Shown here: positions 1 to 10,220 of the stretch, piece by piece
Layout: each line of letters opens with the position of its first letter
How positions within the stretch are numbered: the stretch's first letter is position 1
Origin: an uncultured delta proteobacterium
GTDB lineage: Bacteria > Myxococcota_A > Polyangia > Polyangiales > JAFGIB01
Assembly: GCA_963778655.1 (NCBI GenBank)
Contig: CAVZVA010000009.1
Location: 832,001-896,000 of the forward strand
DNA length: 64,000 bases
Direction: 5' to 3'
Notes under the pieces: model-generated
The model's database searches: none
The model's input: only the letters and a program-made list of their open reading frames with translations
What the model was told of the DNA's origin: nothing
Position numbers and translations under genes: made by a program

Positions 1-84
1 GCGAACCGAGTGTCCTGAACAGGTAGAGATACGAGCCGATGGATGTGAAGCGGGGATTCGACCGCGGGCTCCCCTCGGGACTGT

Positions 85-717
85 TCAGTCCTCGGAAGCC
101 GGTGGAAAAATGCCCTCCGACTCGGCCATCTCGCGCAACTTTTGCGTAACCAACTGGAAGCGTTTGCGCAGCCGGGCAGCCTCCTTGGTGATCTCGGCCT
201 CCGCGATCCCGCTGTCCGGCCCCAGGCAGATTCTCGCGATGTCCTTCCACGAGAAGCGTCGCGTCGTTCGCAGATCGAGCAGGAGCTGGTCGTCTTCGCG
301 CAGGCGTCCGCGCAATGCACGCAGCTGGCGTTTCACCTCGGTGCGCAAGTACGGCGGCGTTTGGGTGCGTTCACGCGCGATCATGTCGGACAGCGCAGTT
401 GCCTCCGACAGGGTGACGCTTCGCGATCGTTCGCGGGCGAGTGCTTGGCGGGTCCGCGCGAGGGCGTGGTGTGCAAGCGTATAGACCCACGTGCGTACGC
501 TCGAGCGAAACTCGAACCGGGGCAGCCCCCTGAGCAAATCTTCCGAAAACGCTGCAAAGGCGTCGGACGCAAGCTGCGGGTCGGCGGACCGCGCCACCAG
601 AAAGCGCATGACTTCGCCGGCAAACGCCTCCATGACCTGGGCCGCGGCAAGACCAAACTGCTGTGCCTCGCACAGGGTCCTGACCTTCGGGTCGGGAGCG
701 TGGCTGGGTACAGACAC
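85..717 (-). CDS. ECF-type sigma-70 family RNA polymerase sigma factor (myxobacterial type)
   Basis: 210 aa; region-2-like FSEDLLRGLPRFEFRSSVRTWVYTLAHH and region-4 HTH LLDLRTTRRFSWKDIARI...RLRKRFQ; last gene of a kinase operon. Confidence 0.85.
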   Translation of the reverse strand: MSVPSHAPDPKVRTLCEAQQFGLAAAQVMEAFAGEVMRFLVARSADPQLASDAFAAFSEDLLRGLPRFEFRSSVRTWVYTLAHHALARTRQALARERSRSVTLSEATALSDMIARERTQTPPYLRTEVKRQLRALRGRLREDDQLLLDLRTTRRFSWKDIARICLGPDSGIAEAEITKEAARLRKRFQLVTQKLREMAESEGIFPPASED

Positions 718-718
718 T

Positions 719-1759
719 TCAGAAGCCTACAGCCAAAGTCGACCTCACGGGCGAAAGCGAGAGGCGAACCGAGCTATCCGGCTTGCGGCTCTCGAACACG
801 AATGCCACACAAGCAGTCGCCGCGGAAGCCGCCGTGAGGGCCCAGCCGATGTCGGTGAGCGTCTCGAAGGTGCGGAGCTGCGAGGCTCGGATCGCTGCAT
901 CCCGCTGCGCCGCAGAGCACCCGACCTCCTTGCAATGCGCCGTGAGGGCGTCACCGATCTGATTGACGCGATACCAAGCGAGCCCCGTTGCCAGGGCAAA
1001 CGCGGGCACCGCGGCAAGCGCCACCCAGGTGACGATGCGCCGCCGTCCTTTCTGGGGTGGCGCGTAGACGTCGCGCGTTGGGGGCTCCGGCGGGTCGATC
1101 GCTGCGTTCCCCATCACCTCCTGGACTCCCTCGCCGCCGACCCCACGCCCGCCTGCGGGCTCTGCCGCGACTGGGGCTTCGTCCGGCGGCTGCGAGAGCA
1201 GCGAGATTTCGATCTGCGCGGTGGTTCCAGCAGCTACGTCGATTGGAAGCTCTTGCCCGTTGTATCCATCGGCGTCGACCCGGAGCATGTGAGTCCCCGG
1301 ATCCAGAATGATCTCGCCCGACGCGTCCGCATACGCCGATTCGCCATCGACCGCTATATGCACCGGCTCGGCATTGACGATGATCTGGCGCCGGGCCACG
1401 AGCGGCGTCAACTCGTCCATTAGCCGCTGCACATAGCGGCGCAGCTTCGCATCGAGCGGCTTGCTGCGCTCCTGCAGCGCTTGCTGCAGCAGGCTGACCG
1501 CCCGCGCATAGCGTCCCATGCGGAAGCTGACCACACCCATCCCGCGGAGGGCGCGTGCGCTCGGCTCCAGCTCGTGGGCGTGTCCGAATGCGGAATACGC
1601 CGTGGCCCAATCGCCGGCGTTGACGGCTTCGAGCGCGCGATCGATCCAGTGCTCGTATGAATCCGGGGTGGGTTGGGCGAAGGTCGCTGAAGCGCATGCG
1701 ACTGCGAATGTTGCTGCGAGGCAGGCCGCGCCCAACGCGCCTCGAAACGAGCGCTTCAT
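719..1759 (-). CDS. Secreted TPR + PEGA-like domain protein
   Basis: Start moved to MKRSFRGALGAACLAATFAVACASATFA (signal peptide); TPR helices AYSAFGHAHELEPSARALRGMGVVSFRMGRYARA; PEGA-like VDG...LDPGTHMLRVDADGY; hydrophobic C-terminus ending in GF. Confidence 0.8.
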   Translation of the reverse strand: MKRSFRGALGAACLAATFAVACASATFAQPTPDSYEHWIDRALEAVNAGDWATAYSAFGHAHELEPSARALRGMGVVSFRMGRYARAVSLLQQALQERSKPLDAKLRRYVQRLMDELTPLVARRQIIVNAEPVHIAVDGESAYADASGEIILDPGTHMLRVDADGYNGQELPIDVAAGTTAQIEISLLSQPPDEAPVAAEPAGGRGVGGEGVQEVMGNAAIDPPEPPTRDVYAPPQKGRRRIVTWVALAAVPAFALATGLAWYRVNQIGDALTAHCKEVGCSAAQRDAAIRASQLRTFETLTDIGWALTAASAATACVAFVFESRKPDSSVRLSLSPVRSTLAVGF

Positions 1760-1763
1760 GGGC

Positions 1764-3188
1764 TCAGAAGTCCTTCCGCAGCAACAGCAACTCCCGAGGT
1801 CCCGCGTCTCGCAGAGTGTGGTCTCTTCCCGATCGAGGGTGGTTGCCCCGTACGCGCGGTTTGCGTGTGGATGGCGCCGCTTGGGTCGAAGTCGCATCGA
1901 GCGTGGGGCCTTGGGTAGCCGGAACACTCGAGGGAGTCGCATCCGGCAGGTCGCCCGAGCTCGCGCTGCTCGCGATCGTGCTGGCCGCGATCAACGGAGC
2001 GCGGGCATGCGGGCTGGTCTGGCCGCTCTGACGAATCTGACGAGCAGTGGGGCGCCCAGTCGGTCTGGTTGCCGGGGCGGGCCACAACGCAAAGCCGGCA
2101 ACTCCGAGCGCGCCCAGGAGCAGCAGAGCCGCTGTGAGAGAGAGCGCGCGCGTCAGTCGCGGCATGGGGGGCATGGTTGCGGTTCGATCGAGCGCGGGCT
2201 GGCGTCCAGCGTCACTGCGCCCGCCGAACGCGCCCCTGAGGCCCTGCGCAAGCTCGTCGACGGTCTGGAAGCGTTGGTCGGGAAGACGCGCGAGAGCTCT
2301 CTCCAATACTGCTTGGACCCGAGCGGCGAGCGGCGCATCGTCGAGCACGAGTCGTGCCGGCCGTTCGGTCGCCAACCTGATCGCGAGATCCGCCCGAGTC
2401 CGTGCCTCGAAAGGTCGTTTGCCCGTGAGCATCTCGTAGAACACCACGCCCAGCGCATACACGTCCGCTCGCGCATCGCAGGGCTCGCCGCGCAGTTGTT
2501 CGAGTGGCATGTAGCGCGGGGTACCAGCCACCGCCGTCTCGGAAACGCTGAGACCGCTTTCTGCGGAAGGTTGCTGGACGATCTTCGAGACGCCGAAGTC
2601 CAACACCTTGGGTTGGTCAGCGCTGCCGTCCGACAGCACGCTGAGCATGATGTTTTCGGGCTTCAGGTCGCGGTGAACGATGCCATGCCGGTGCGCTTCG
2701 CTTACGCCGCGAGCCACCCCCAACATGATTGTGAGGGCTTCCGCTGCGGGAATCGGGCCGCGCGCAAGCCGCGTGCGCAGTGTCTCTCCGCGCACGCGCT
2801 CCATGACCAGATACAGGCTCGGCCCCTCACCTCCGACGTCGTAAATGCGGATGATATTGGGATGGTCCAAACGACCGGCCGCGCGCGCCTCGCGCTCGAA
2901 GCGGCGCACCCAGTGCTTGGAGGCGCGAAGGTTGGGGTCGAGGTACTTGAGCGCGACCCGCTTTTCCGTTTGCAGATGCGTGGCTTCGAACACCCATCCC
3001 ATCCCGCCCCGTCCCAGAAGCGCGCCCAGTTGGTACTTGCCGTCCACGACTTGCCCCGGGTACGGCGCCTTCCAATCGTTCGCATCGGCGACTCCAGGAG
3101 ACGAGCTGTCGGCGAGATCCGAGCCTGGCGTCTTCGAGAGGTCGCTGTCGTCAACGGCGGCCAAGATATCTTCAGACCCACGGTTCAT
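1764..3188 (-). CDS. Hanks-type Ser/Thr protein kinase with one transmembrane helix
   Basis: LGRGGMGWV, VALK, HRDLKPEN, DFG, GTPRYM and DVYALG motifs; TM segment LTAALLLLGALGVAGFALW. Confidence 0.95.
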   Translation of the reverse strand: MNRGSEDILAAVDDSDLSKTPGSDLADSSSPGVADANDWKAPYPGQVVDGKYQLGALLGRGGMGWVFEATHLQTEKRVALKYLDPNLRASKHWVRRFEREARAAGRLDHPNIIRIYDVGGEGPSLYLVMERVRGETLRTRLARGPIPAAEALTIMLGVARGVSEAHRHGIVHRDLKPENIMLSVLSDGSADQPKVLDFGVSKIVQQPSAESGLSVSETAVAGTPRYMPLEQLRGEPCDARADVYALGVVFYEMLTGKRPFEARTRADLAIRLATERPARLVLDDAPLAARVQAVLERALARLPDQRFQTVDELAQGLRGAFGGRSDAGRQPALDRTATMPPMPRLTRALSLTAALLLLGALGVAGFALWPAPATRPTGRPTARQIRQSGQTSPHARAPLIAASTIASSASSGDLPDATPSSVPATQGPTLDATSTQAAPSTRKPRVRGNHPRSGRDHTLRDAGPRELLLLRKDF

Positions 3189-3218
3189 GACCTCGGGAAC
3201 CCCGATTCTCCCTTGCGA

Positions 3219-5459
3219 TCAAGGTTTCAGCACTAGCAGAAACATCCCACTCCCGTCGAGCGGCCCGCCACCCAAATCAATGGGTGCCGTGTACCAACCC
3301 GTGGCGTAGACGCGACCCGTTTCATCGGTTCGTACCCCGGCGGCCGTGTCCCAGCCCGACGCTCCTAGAGTGTCGCTCCACACGAAGCTTCCATCGGAGG
3401 CGTACTTCGCGACGAAGGCGTCGTAGCTTCCGGCAGCGGTGCGCGGCCCTTCTCCGAAATCGACGGTTTGCTGGAACGGGCCCGCGACTACGACCTCGTT
3501 CGAGGGACCCGAGCTGATGCCCCAAATCACGTCGGTCGCCGCGCCGCCGATCTGTCGGCTCCAGAGCGGAGCGCCGTCGCCGCTCCACTTCGCGATCCAG
3601 GCATCCCAGTCTTGCGCTGTGTAGGAGCTGGTGCCGCCGAAGCTCGCCGTGCCGTAGAAGTCCCCGGCGATCAGCGCGTTGCCTTCCGCATCGAGAGCCA
3701 AGCGGCCGCACTCGTCGGTCGAGCCGCCTCCCATGCGACGACTCCACAGCGAATCGCCGTCTGGGTTCAACTTCGCGAGGAATACGTCCATGCCGCCCTG
3801 CGACGTCAGGCTCGAAGTGCCAAATGCAATGCTCTGATCGAAGACGCCGGCTACGAAGATGTCTTCGTTCGAGTCTGCCACCACGGCTCGGCCGTCGTCG
3901 TTGCCGGTGGAGCCCCAGCGTCGTGCCCACAGCAGCGTTCCGTCCGGCGAAAACTTCGCGACGAACAGGTCCCAGCTACCCGCGGATGTGAGACTGACCG
4001 AGTCGACCTGTAAGGTGTTCTGGAAGCGTCCGGTCAGCAGCACGTTGTTCGATCGATCCGCGCTGACGAAGCCCTCCCATTGATCGGTCGGCGGCGGGAG
4101 GTCGATGTTATAGAGATACTTGTGCCAGAGCGGCGAGCCGTCCTCCGCGCTGAGCTTCGCCAGGAACCGAGCCCGCTTGCCTCCTGTATCCACCGGACCG
4201 TCGCCGAGATCGAGCCCGCCGTCCGTATAGCCGGTGACTAGCAGATTGCCCGCCGAATCCGCCTCCGCCCACATCACGCGGTCGTCGTTCGCCCCGCCAA
4301 AGCGACGTTGCCACAGCAGCTTTCGGTTCGAATCGAGCCGGGCTGCAAAGAAGTCCTTGTCGCCAACGGTGGAAATCGTGACGCCATCGATCGTCACGTC
4401 GGTATCTATGGTGGTGGCCAGCAGCAGGTCTGCGCCATGAGGGATCGCCTGCATGCCGAACATCGGACCCGTGAGCTGCCACTCGAATCGAGTGTCGTCG
4501 CACTGCCTGCCGGCCGCGGGATCGTCGAAGTACGCGGGGCAACGGCATGTGTAGGTGCCCGGGGAGTTGGCACAGAAGGCGAGGGGATCACAGTCGTTGC
4601 CTATCGCGCACTCGTCGATGTCGGTGCAGTGGCCCTGGTCATCCTCGTAGCCAGCGGGGCACGGCCCACAGCTGTAGCCGCCCGCGGTGTTGTGACAGGT
4701 CTTGAGCGCGTCGCACGCGTCGGTGCGCTGGCATTCGTCGACGTCGACGCAGCTGCCAGCTTTGTCCTGGTACCCAGCCGGACACGGTCCGCAAGTGTAG
4801 CCGCCCGTGGTGTTGTGGCAGCTCTTGAGCGCATCGCATGCGTCGGCGTGCTGGCATTCGTCGACGTCCACGCAAGTGCCACCTTTGTCCTGGTAGCCGC
4901 CTGGACACGATCCACAGCTGTAGCTGCCAGGGGTGTTGTGGCAGCTCTCGAGCGGGTCGCATGCATCGGCACGCTGGCATTCGTCGATGTCGACGCAGCT
5001 GCCAGCTTGGTCCTGGTAGCCAGCCGGACACGGTCCGCAGCTGTAGCCACCTTTCGTGTTGTGACAGCTCTTGAGCGCATCGCACGGATTGCCACGCGCG
5101 CATTCGTCGACGTCGACGCAAAGGCCCTGGACCTCCTCGTAGCCGCGGGAACAAGAGCAGCCCCCGCCGTCCGCTCCACCGCTACAGCTGTCCGGAGGTT
5201 CGCAGAGCTGGTCCTGCCCGCAACCGGCGTCGCAGACCTCGTCCTGTCCGCAGCCGGCGTCGGCCTCAGGAGTCGGACGTTCCGGCGTCCCGAGCGCAGG
5301 CGTGGTCGCGCCTGGGGACGGCGCCTTGATCGCGGCGTCCGAGATCGGGATTGTCGTGCGATCGTACGAGCAGGCTGCCAGGTGACGGACCGCCAGCAGC
5401 AGCATCGCCAGCAGAAAGACCGCGCCTGCCCCACTGCCCCTGGACATCGGCCTTGGCAT
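3219..5459 (-). CDS. Lipoprotein with five calcium-binding EGF-like domains and a C-terminal SBBP-like beta-propeller
   Basis: Lipobox LAAC; repeats of DxDEC..C..CxNTxGxYxCGPCPxGY; propeller repeats such as DLFVAKFSPDGTLLWARRWG. Confidence 0.85.
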   Translation of the reverse strand: MPRPMSRGSGAGAVFLLAMLLLAVRHLAACSYDRTTIPISDAAIKAPSPGATTPALGTPERPTPEADAGCGQDEVCDAGCGQDQLCEPPDSCSGGADGGGCSCSRGYEEVQGLCVDVDECARGNPCDALKSCHNTKGGYSCGPCPAGYQDQAGSCVDIDECQRADACDPLESCHNTPGSYSCGSCPGGYQDKGGTCVDVDECQHADACDALKSCHNTTGGYTCGPCPAGYQDKAGSCVDVDECQRTDACDALKTCHNTAGGYSCGPCPAGYEDDQGHCTDIDECAIGNDCDPLAFCANSPGTYTCRCPAYFDDPAAGRQCDDTRFEWQLTGPMFGMQAIPHGADLLLATTIDTDVTIDGVTISTVGDKDFFAARLDSNRKLLWQRRFGGANDDRVMWAEADSAGNLLVTGYTDGGLDLGDGPVDTGGKRARFLAKLSAEDGSPLWHKYLYNIDLPPPTDQWEGFVSADRSNNVLLTGRFQNTLQVDSVSLTSAGSWDLFVAKFSPDGTLLWARRWGSTGNDDGRAVVADSNEDIFVAGVFDQSIAFGTSSLTSQGGMDVFLAKLNPDGDSLWSRRMGGGSTDECGRLALDAEGNALIAGDFYGTASFGGTSSYTAQDWDAWIAKWSGDGAPLWSRQIGGAATDVIWGISSGPSNEVVVAGPFQQTVDFGEGPRTAAGSYDAFVAKYASDGSFVWSDTLGASGWDTAAGVRTDETGRVYATGWYTAPIDLGGGPLDGSGMFLLVLKP
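4626..5117 (-). repeat. Four tandem 123-bp intragenic repeats encoding EGF_Ca modules; a more diverged fifth copy follows to about 4500
   Basis: cattcg anchor recurs at 4732, 4855, 4978 and 5101, and as cactcg at 4609: exact 123-bp period. Confidence 0.9.
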
Positions 5460-5743
5460 ATCAGTCGCACGGGGCGGTGTCGAACGAAACGGCCGGAATA
5501 TGGCCTGTTTTCGCCAAAATCGCGCTTGAGCCGCGCGCGACTGGACGCGACTCGCGACATCCCTCCCATCCCAATCTCAATTGAATCTCAAATCGTACCG
5601 GGGTTGCCCAGTGCCCTGAGCACGCGATCTCGATCACAGACTGACTGAATGCAAAGACCGGCCAGCTCCGATCATCGCGTGCACAAGGCGTGCCTACGCG
5701 CCGCCCTCGTGATGGCCGCCCTCGTCAACTCGTGAGGCTGGCG

Positions 5744-7306
5744 CTACCGTCGATGCAGGGCGCGCTCGAGCTGCTGTGTCGGGTACGCTTCCATCGCCAG
5801 CCGTTCCTCGCGATGCGGGTCCTGCTGTGCTGAGGGCGGCGTATCGAGCAGCATCACCGTGCGCGCTTGCAGATCGTAGGGCTTCCAGGCTGGCACCAAG
5901 GCGTTGTTCGGGTTGCCAGTGCGGGCGAAGGCGAGCCAGGTTTCGCTCATCATGTTCGCCATCGCCTCCGTCTCCGCCGTGGGGGCGCCCAGCATTTGAG
6001 GCGCCTTGGCCACGTTGTCGAACATGAAGGGCAGGTCGAGCGAGTGCGGGGTGATGCGGCGACCGCCATCGACCGGCGTTCGCCACATGAGGCGATAGGA
6101 GTAGACCGAAGCGCCGCCCTGTCGGGCCTTGGCTTCGGTCTGCAGGATGCTGTCGCGCCAGTAGCCGCGCGCCGTGGTGATCTTGAAGAAGAGCTCGGGC
6201 GCGGATGCGCCGGGGCTGCCTCGCTTGAACAGCGCGATCAGCGCGGTGACGTCTGGTTCCGGCACGAAGGCGCGAAGCCGTGCTGCGAGCCCGGCATCGT
6301 CAAGCGCAAACGTCTCACTGTTGCCGAGTTGGTTGGACAGCTCGGTCCGGCAGGTGCCGATCATCATCGGGATCGTGGCCGCCGGCGGCGGCGCTTCGGG
6401 ATCCCAGGGATGCGCGGCAAAGGTCGTCTCGTCCAACGCCGGGGAATAGCGCGAGCGCGTTTCGCGCGTGATGTCCCGGTTTGCGCGGCGGATGTCCCGC
6501 CACGGAAGCTGCTGCAGCCTGTGCGCGTCCGTTCGCTTGAGATCGAAGTGCTGCAGCAGGCGCTCTGCGAGCTCGTTCGCGCGCTCGCGTGACATCAAGC
6601 GCAGATGCGATCCGCTCTGGACAATGCCGCGGTGGAACAGGCCCTGTGCGATTGGGGATGCGGTCAGCAAGCTGACCTTGCGACCGCCCCCCGACTGACC
6701 GAAGACAGTGACGTTGTCCGGATCGCCGCCAAACTGGGCGATGTTCGCATTCACCCAGCGCAGGGCCGCGACCACATCGAGGTAACCAGCGTTCGCGGAT
6801 CCGGCAAACGCTTCTCCGAAGATATCTTCGAGATGGCAATGGCCGAAGATCCCGAGTCGGTGATTGACGGTGAGCACCACCACGTCGCCGCGACGTGCCA
6901 GATTGGTGCCGTCGTACAACAGGCTCGAGCCACTGCCGGCCTCGAAGCCGCCGCCGTGTAGCCATACCAGCACCGGTCGCTTGCGGCTGTCCGCTCCCGG
7001 GGTCCACAGGTTGAGGCACAGGCAGTCTTCACCCATCTCGGGCCGTCTGCCCTCGAAGCCGCCCTCCGCAAGCCACCCCGGCGCCTGGGGCGCGGTCTGG
7101 CCGTAGTCGACGACATCACGGATGCCGGTCCAGGGTGCCGGCGGTCGAGGCGGCAGAAAGCGATTGGCGCCGGCGGTCCCCGCCCCGTACGGAATGCCGC
7201 GGAAGATCGAGACGCCTCTGTAGACCTCTCCGCGTACGCGACCGGAGGCAATCTCGACGACGGCCGAAGGCTCAACCGGCCCAGAGTGGGCTGTGTCGTC
7301 GGTCAT
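5744..7306 (-). CDS. Type B carboxylesterase (para-nitrobenzyl esterase family)
   Basis: FRGIPYG, EDCLCLNLWTP, VWLHGGG, FGGDPDNVTVFGQSGGG nucleophile elbow, HSLDLPFMF; start chosen at MTDDTAH. Confidence 0.92.
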   Translation of the reverse strand: MTDDTAHSGPVEPSAVVEIASGRVRGEVYRGVSIFRGIPYGAGTAGANRFLPPRPPAPWTGIRDVVDYGQTAPQAPGWLAEGGFEGRRPEMGEDCLCLNLWTPGADSRKRPVLVWLHGGGFEAGSGSSLLYDGTNLARRGDVVVLTVNHRLGIFGHCHLEDIFGEAFAGSANAGYLDVVAALRWVNANIAQFGGDPDNVTVFGQSGGGRKVSLLTASPIAQGLFHRGIVQSGSHLRLMSRERANELAERLLQHFDLKRTDAHRLQQLPWRDIRRANRDITRETRSRYSPALDETTFAAHPWDPEAPPPAATIPMMIGTCRTELSNQLGNSETFALDDAGLAARLRAFVPEPDVTALIALFKRGSPGASAPELFFKITTARGYWRDSILQTEAKARQGGASVYSYRLMWRTPVDGGRRITPHSLDLPFMFDNVAKAPQMLGAPTAETEAMANMMSETWLAFARTGNPNNALVPAWKPYDLQARTVMLLDTPPSAQQDPHREERLAMEAYPTQQLERALHRR

Positions 7307-7647
7307 GGCGGTATTGCAGTCGTTGCGTAGAACAGAACACTGTTCTGTCTGACCGAAACTAGGCGGAGGTTCTAGCCTTGTCAATCGACGATCCGCACCC
7401 GGAGAAGCGCGCCCTCAGCATGAGCGAAGCCGGTCAAGCGCGCTGCATTTCGCAGGGTCGGGCCGAGGACGAAAGCCGCGCATGTGGGGAAAGACGAAGG
7501 AAATCCTAGGCGCTCAACCTGATCGGTGCTCTAGTGCTCTGACCGGATGATTGTGAACGGAGATCGTGTCTGAGGCGATGCCAACTCTCGAAGTTCACTG
7601 CTGCGGTCGCAGGGTTCCGCAAGTCGCGCGGCTCGGGGCCCAACGCG

Positions 7648-9030
7648 ATGTCTGAGCCGCCGGCTGCGCTCACCGCCGAGCTGTGCCGCTTCATCACCGG
7701 GAGCGCGTCCGCAGATTGGCCCGACGATGTTCTCGAGCTCGGCCGCCGCCATATTCTCGATACGATTGCCTCCATCGTCGTGTGCGGTGATCGAGAGGTC
7801 GCCCGGCTGGCGCGCGGGTTCGCGCTGCGGCAGAGCGGCGACTTGCGCAGCGGCGCCCCGATCCTCGGCACACGTCTTCGCGCCTCCTTGCCCGATGCGG
7901 TCTTTGCCAGCGCGATGACCGCGCACGGCGCGGAGATCAACGACTTCTGCCCATCTGCGTTCGTGCAACCCGGGCCTGCGGTGGTGAGCGCGGGGATCTG
8001 TGTCGCAGCGGTCGACCATGCTTCAGGCGCAGCCCTGCTGCGCGCCACGATTGCAGGCTATGAGCTGACCTGCCGGCTACCCAAAGCCCTCGGGGTCAAC
8101 CGTGGCCGCCAGCTCGGCTATTCCAGTCACGGCTACGGGCCCGTGTTCGGTAGCGCTGCGACAGTCGCTTCGTTGCGGCGGTATCCGGATGCCACCGTTA
8201 ACCACATGCTGAGCTATTGCGCCCAGCAGGCATCGGGCTCGCTACAGTGGCTGCTAGACGTCGGCCACGTCGAGAAGTCGTTCGTCTTCGCCGGCATGCC
8301 GGCGCGCAACGGCGTGCATGCTGCACTGTTGGCCGAGGCGGGGTTCACTGGGGTTCCGGACTCGCTGGAGGCGCAGGGCGGGTGGCTCATGTCCCGCCTG
8401 TTCAAGGCCGAGCACAGCGACTTCAATCCGCAGTATCTAGTCGAGCATCTCGGAGCGCGCTTCGAAATGCCGCTGGTGGCCTACAAGCGCTTTCCCGTCG
8501 GCGGCCCCGCGCAGCCGGTCGTGCAGGCGATGCTGGAGCTAGCGCCGCGAGTGCGACGGGACGAGATCGCCCGCATCGAGATCGAGATGCCGGGCGCGGT
8601 GAGGGCGTTCGCCAACGCGGAAATGCCGGCGCTCAATCTTCCTTACCTGTGCTCGGTCATCCTGATCGACCGCGATCTCACGTTCGAGATGGCCGACTCG
8701 CTGCAGCGAAGGTCGGCAGACGTAGAAGTGCAACGCCTCATGACTTGCGTCGCCGTGCTGCATGACCCAGCGCAGGAGGCAGTCCCTCGCAAGGAAAGCG
8801 CACGCGTCACGATACGGTTGCAGGACGGCCGGACCGAATCGGTGTTCGTCGAGCACGTGAGGGGGTACCCCGCGAACCCGATGACCCACGAGGATGTCGA
8901 GGCCAAGGCCCGAACGCTGATGACTCCCGTGCTGGGGCCCGAGAGGACCGACGAGCTGATCGATCTCGCTTTCCGCCTCGATGAGCTTCCGGACGCCGGT
9001 GTCCTGGCAGCAGCAATGGTCGCGAGATAA
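7648..9030 (+). CDS. MmgE/PrpD family protein
   Basis: HILDTIA, AHGAEINDF, ARNGVHAALLAEAGFTG, YKRFPVG, RGYPANPMTHEDVEAK. Confidence 0.9.
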   Translation: MSEPPAALTAELCRFITGSASADWPDDVLELGRRHILDTIASIVVCGDREVARLARGFALRQSGDLRSGAPILGTRLRASLPDAVFASAMTAHGAEINDFCPSAFVQPGPAVVSAGICVAAVDHASGAALLRATIAGYELTCRLPKALGVNRGRQLGYSSHGYGPVFGSAATVASLRRYPDATVNHMLSYCAQQASGSLQWLLDVGHVEKSFVFAGMPARNGVHAALLAEAGFTGVPDSLEAQGGWLMSRLFKAEHSDFNPQYLVEHLGARFEMPLVAYKRFPVGGPAQPVVQAMLELAPRVRRDEIARIEIEMPGAVRAFANAEMPALNLPYLCSVILIDRDLTFEMADSLQRRSADVEVQRLMTCVAVLHDPAQEAVPRKESARVTIRLQDGRTESVFVEHVRGYPANPMTHEDVEAKARTLMTPVLGPERTDELIDLAFRLDELPDAGVLAAAMVAR

Positions 9031-9060
9031 CACCGCACCGGGGGTTGTGCGGGCAGCTGA

Positions 9061-9927
9061 GCGCAGCTTCGCCATCCGCTGCTCAATCAGGGCGCGCGCT
9101 TCAATCAACAGTGTCGGATGTATGCGCCTTTGTACCGGCAGATGGGCATCGTTCCCGGCGCGGGCGGCGTGCCGATGGTGAGCGACGCGGGCATGGGCGA
9201 CATGTTTGGGCTCGGCCTCAGCGACGTGCGCGACGCGTTCAAGTACTACCTGGAGCACTTCAACCAGGGTCGAAGGTTCGTGCTGATGGGACACTCTCAG
9301 GGCACCGGGATGTTGATGGCGATGATGACGACCGATGTCGATCCGGTGCCGGAGGTGCGCGCCAAGATGATCTCGGCCTTGCTGATCGGTGGCGGCGTAA
9401 ACGTGCCTGAGGGCAAGGACGTCGGAGGCACGTTCAAGAACATTCCTCTCTGCACCCAGCCCAAGCAGTTCGGCTGCGTGGTGGCCTACAACAGCTTCTC
9501 GAAGGAGACGCCCCCGAGCGCGACCTCGACGTTTGCGCGCGCTCCGGACGGCATGATGAACGCGTGCACCGAGCCGGCCGCGCTTGCGGGTCACGCGGGC
9601 GAGCGCTACCAGGGCAGCTACATCGGGCTGATGCTGTCCAACAAGTCGCTGCTGCTGTTCGACGGGATCAATCAACTACCGAGCGACATCACCACGCCTT
9701 TCGTCATCTACCGCGACGTCTTTCGTGGTGAGTGCAAGAACGTCGACGGTGCCAGCTATCTGGAGATTTCAGAGGAGTTGCCTGATGGGGACAAGCGGCC
9801 CCCACCGCCGTATCGGTTCTCGCTGATCGAGTCGGCTCTCGGCCTTCACGTATATGACTACAATCTTGAGCTCGACGACCTGCTCGAGCTGGTGCAGCTA
9901 CAAGCGGACGCGGCAGCCGGCAAGTGA
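9061..9927 (+). pseudogene. 5'-truncated DUF3089 family alpha/beta hydrolase
   Basis: QGARFNQQCRMYAPLYRQ, YYLEHFNQGRRFVLMGHSQG and GLHVYDYNL motifs; in-frame TGA at 9058-9060 precedes the first motif; the usual N-terminal signal and DxFYVxPT segment are absent. Confidence 0.65.
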
Positions 9928-10220
9928 CGCTGGGGCGCTCCTTGTCGCTCGCCCATGACGGCTCGCTGGAGCCGAACGGCACGGGGACCGGCTTGCCACC
10001 GCTCGCAAGCGGGCTCACGGCCTTTTGACGTGCTCGCGCTGCGCTGCGCGAGGTAACCCAAGCACGCCTGGGCTGCCCGTGCTACCTGCACCCCGGGCTC
10101 GCCACGCCGCCGAAACTATCCCGCCCCACGGGCGAAGCCGGTTGTGTGCGATTGCGTCCTCGGACGCGGAGCGTTACGGTGGCGGCGTTCGTAAGCGGGG
10201 ATGGCAACGTGTCGAGAGTC

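Noticed and set aside
40..84. tmRNA or tRNA-like 5' end (GGATTCGAC)
   Set aside because: No acceptor stem or downstream structure; runs directly into the sigma-factor stop
4626..5117. Non-coding repeat array or DGR template/variable repeats
   Set aside because: Repeats are in-frame EGF domains; no reverse transcriptase in the window
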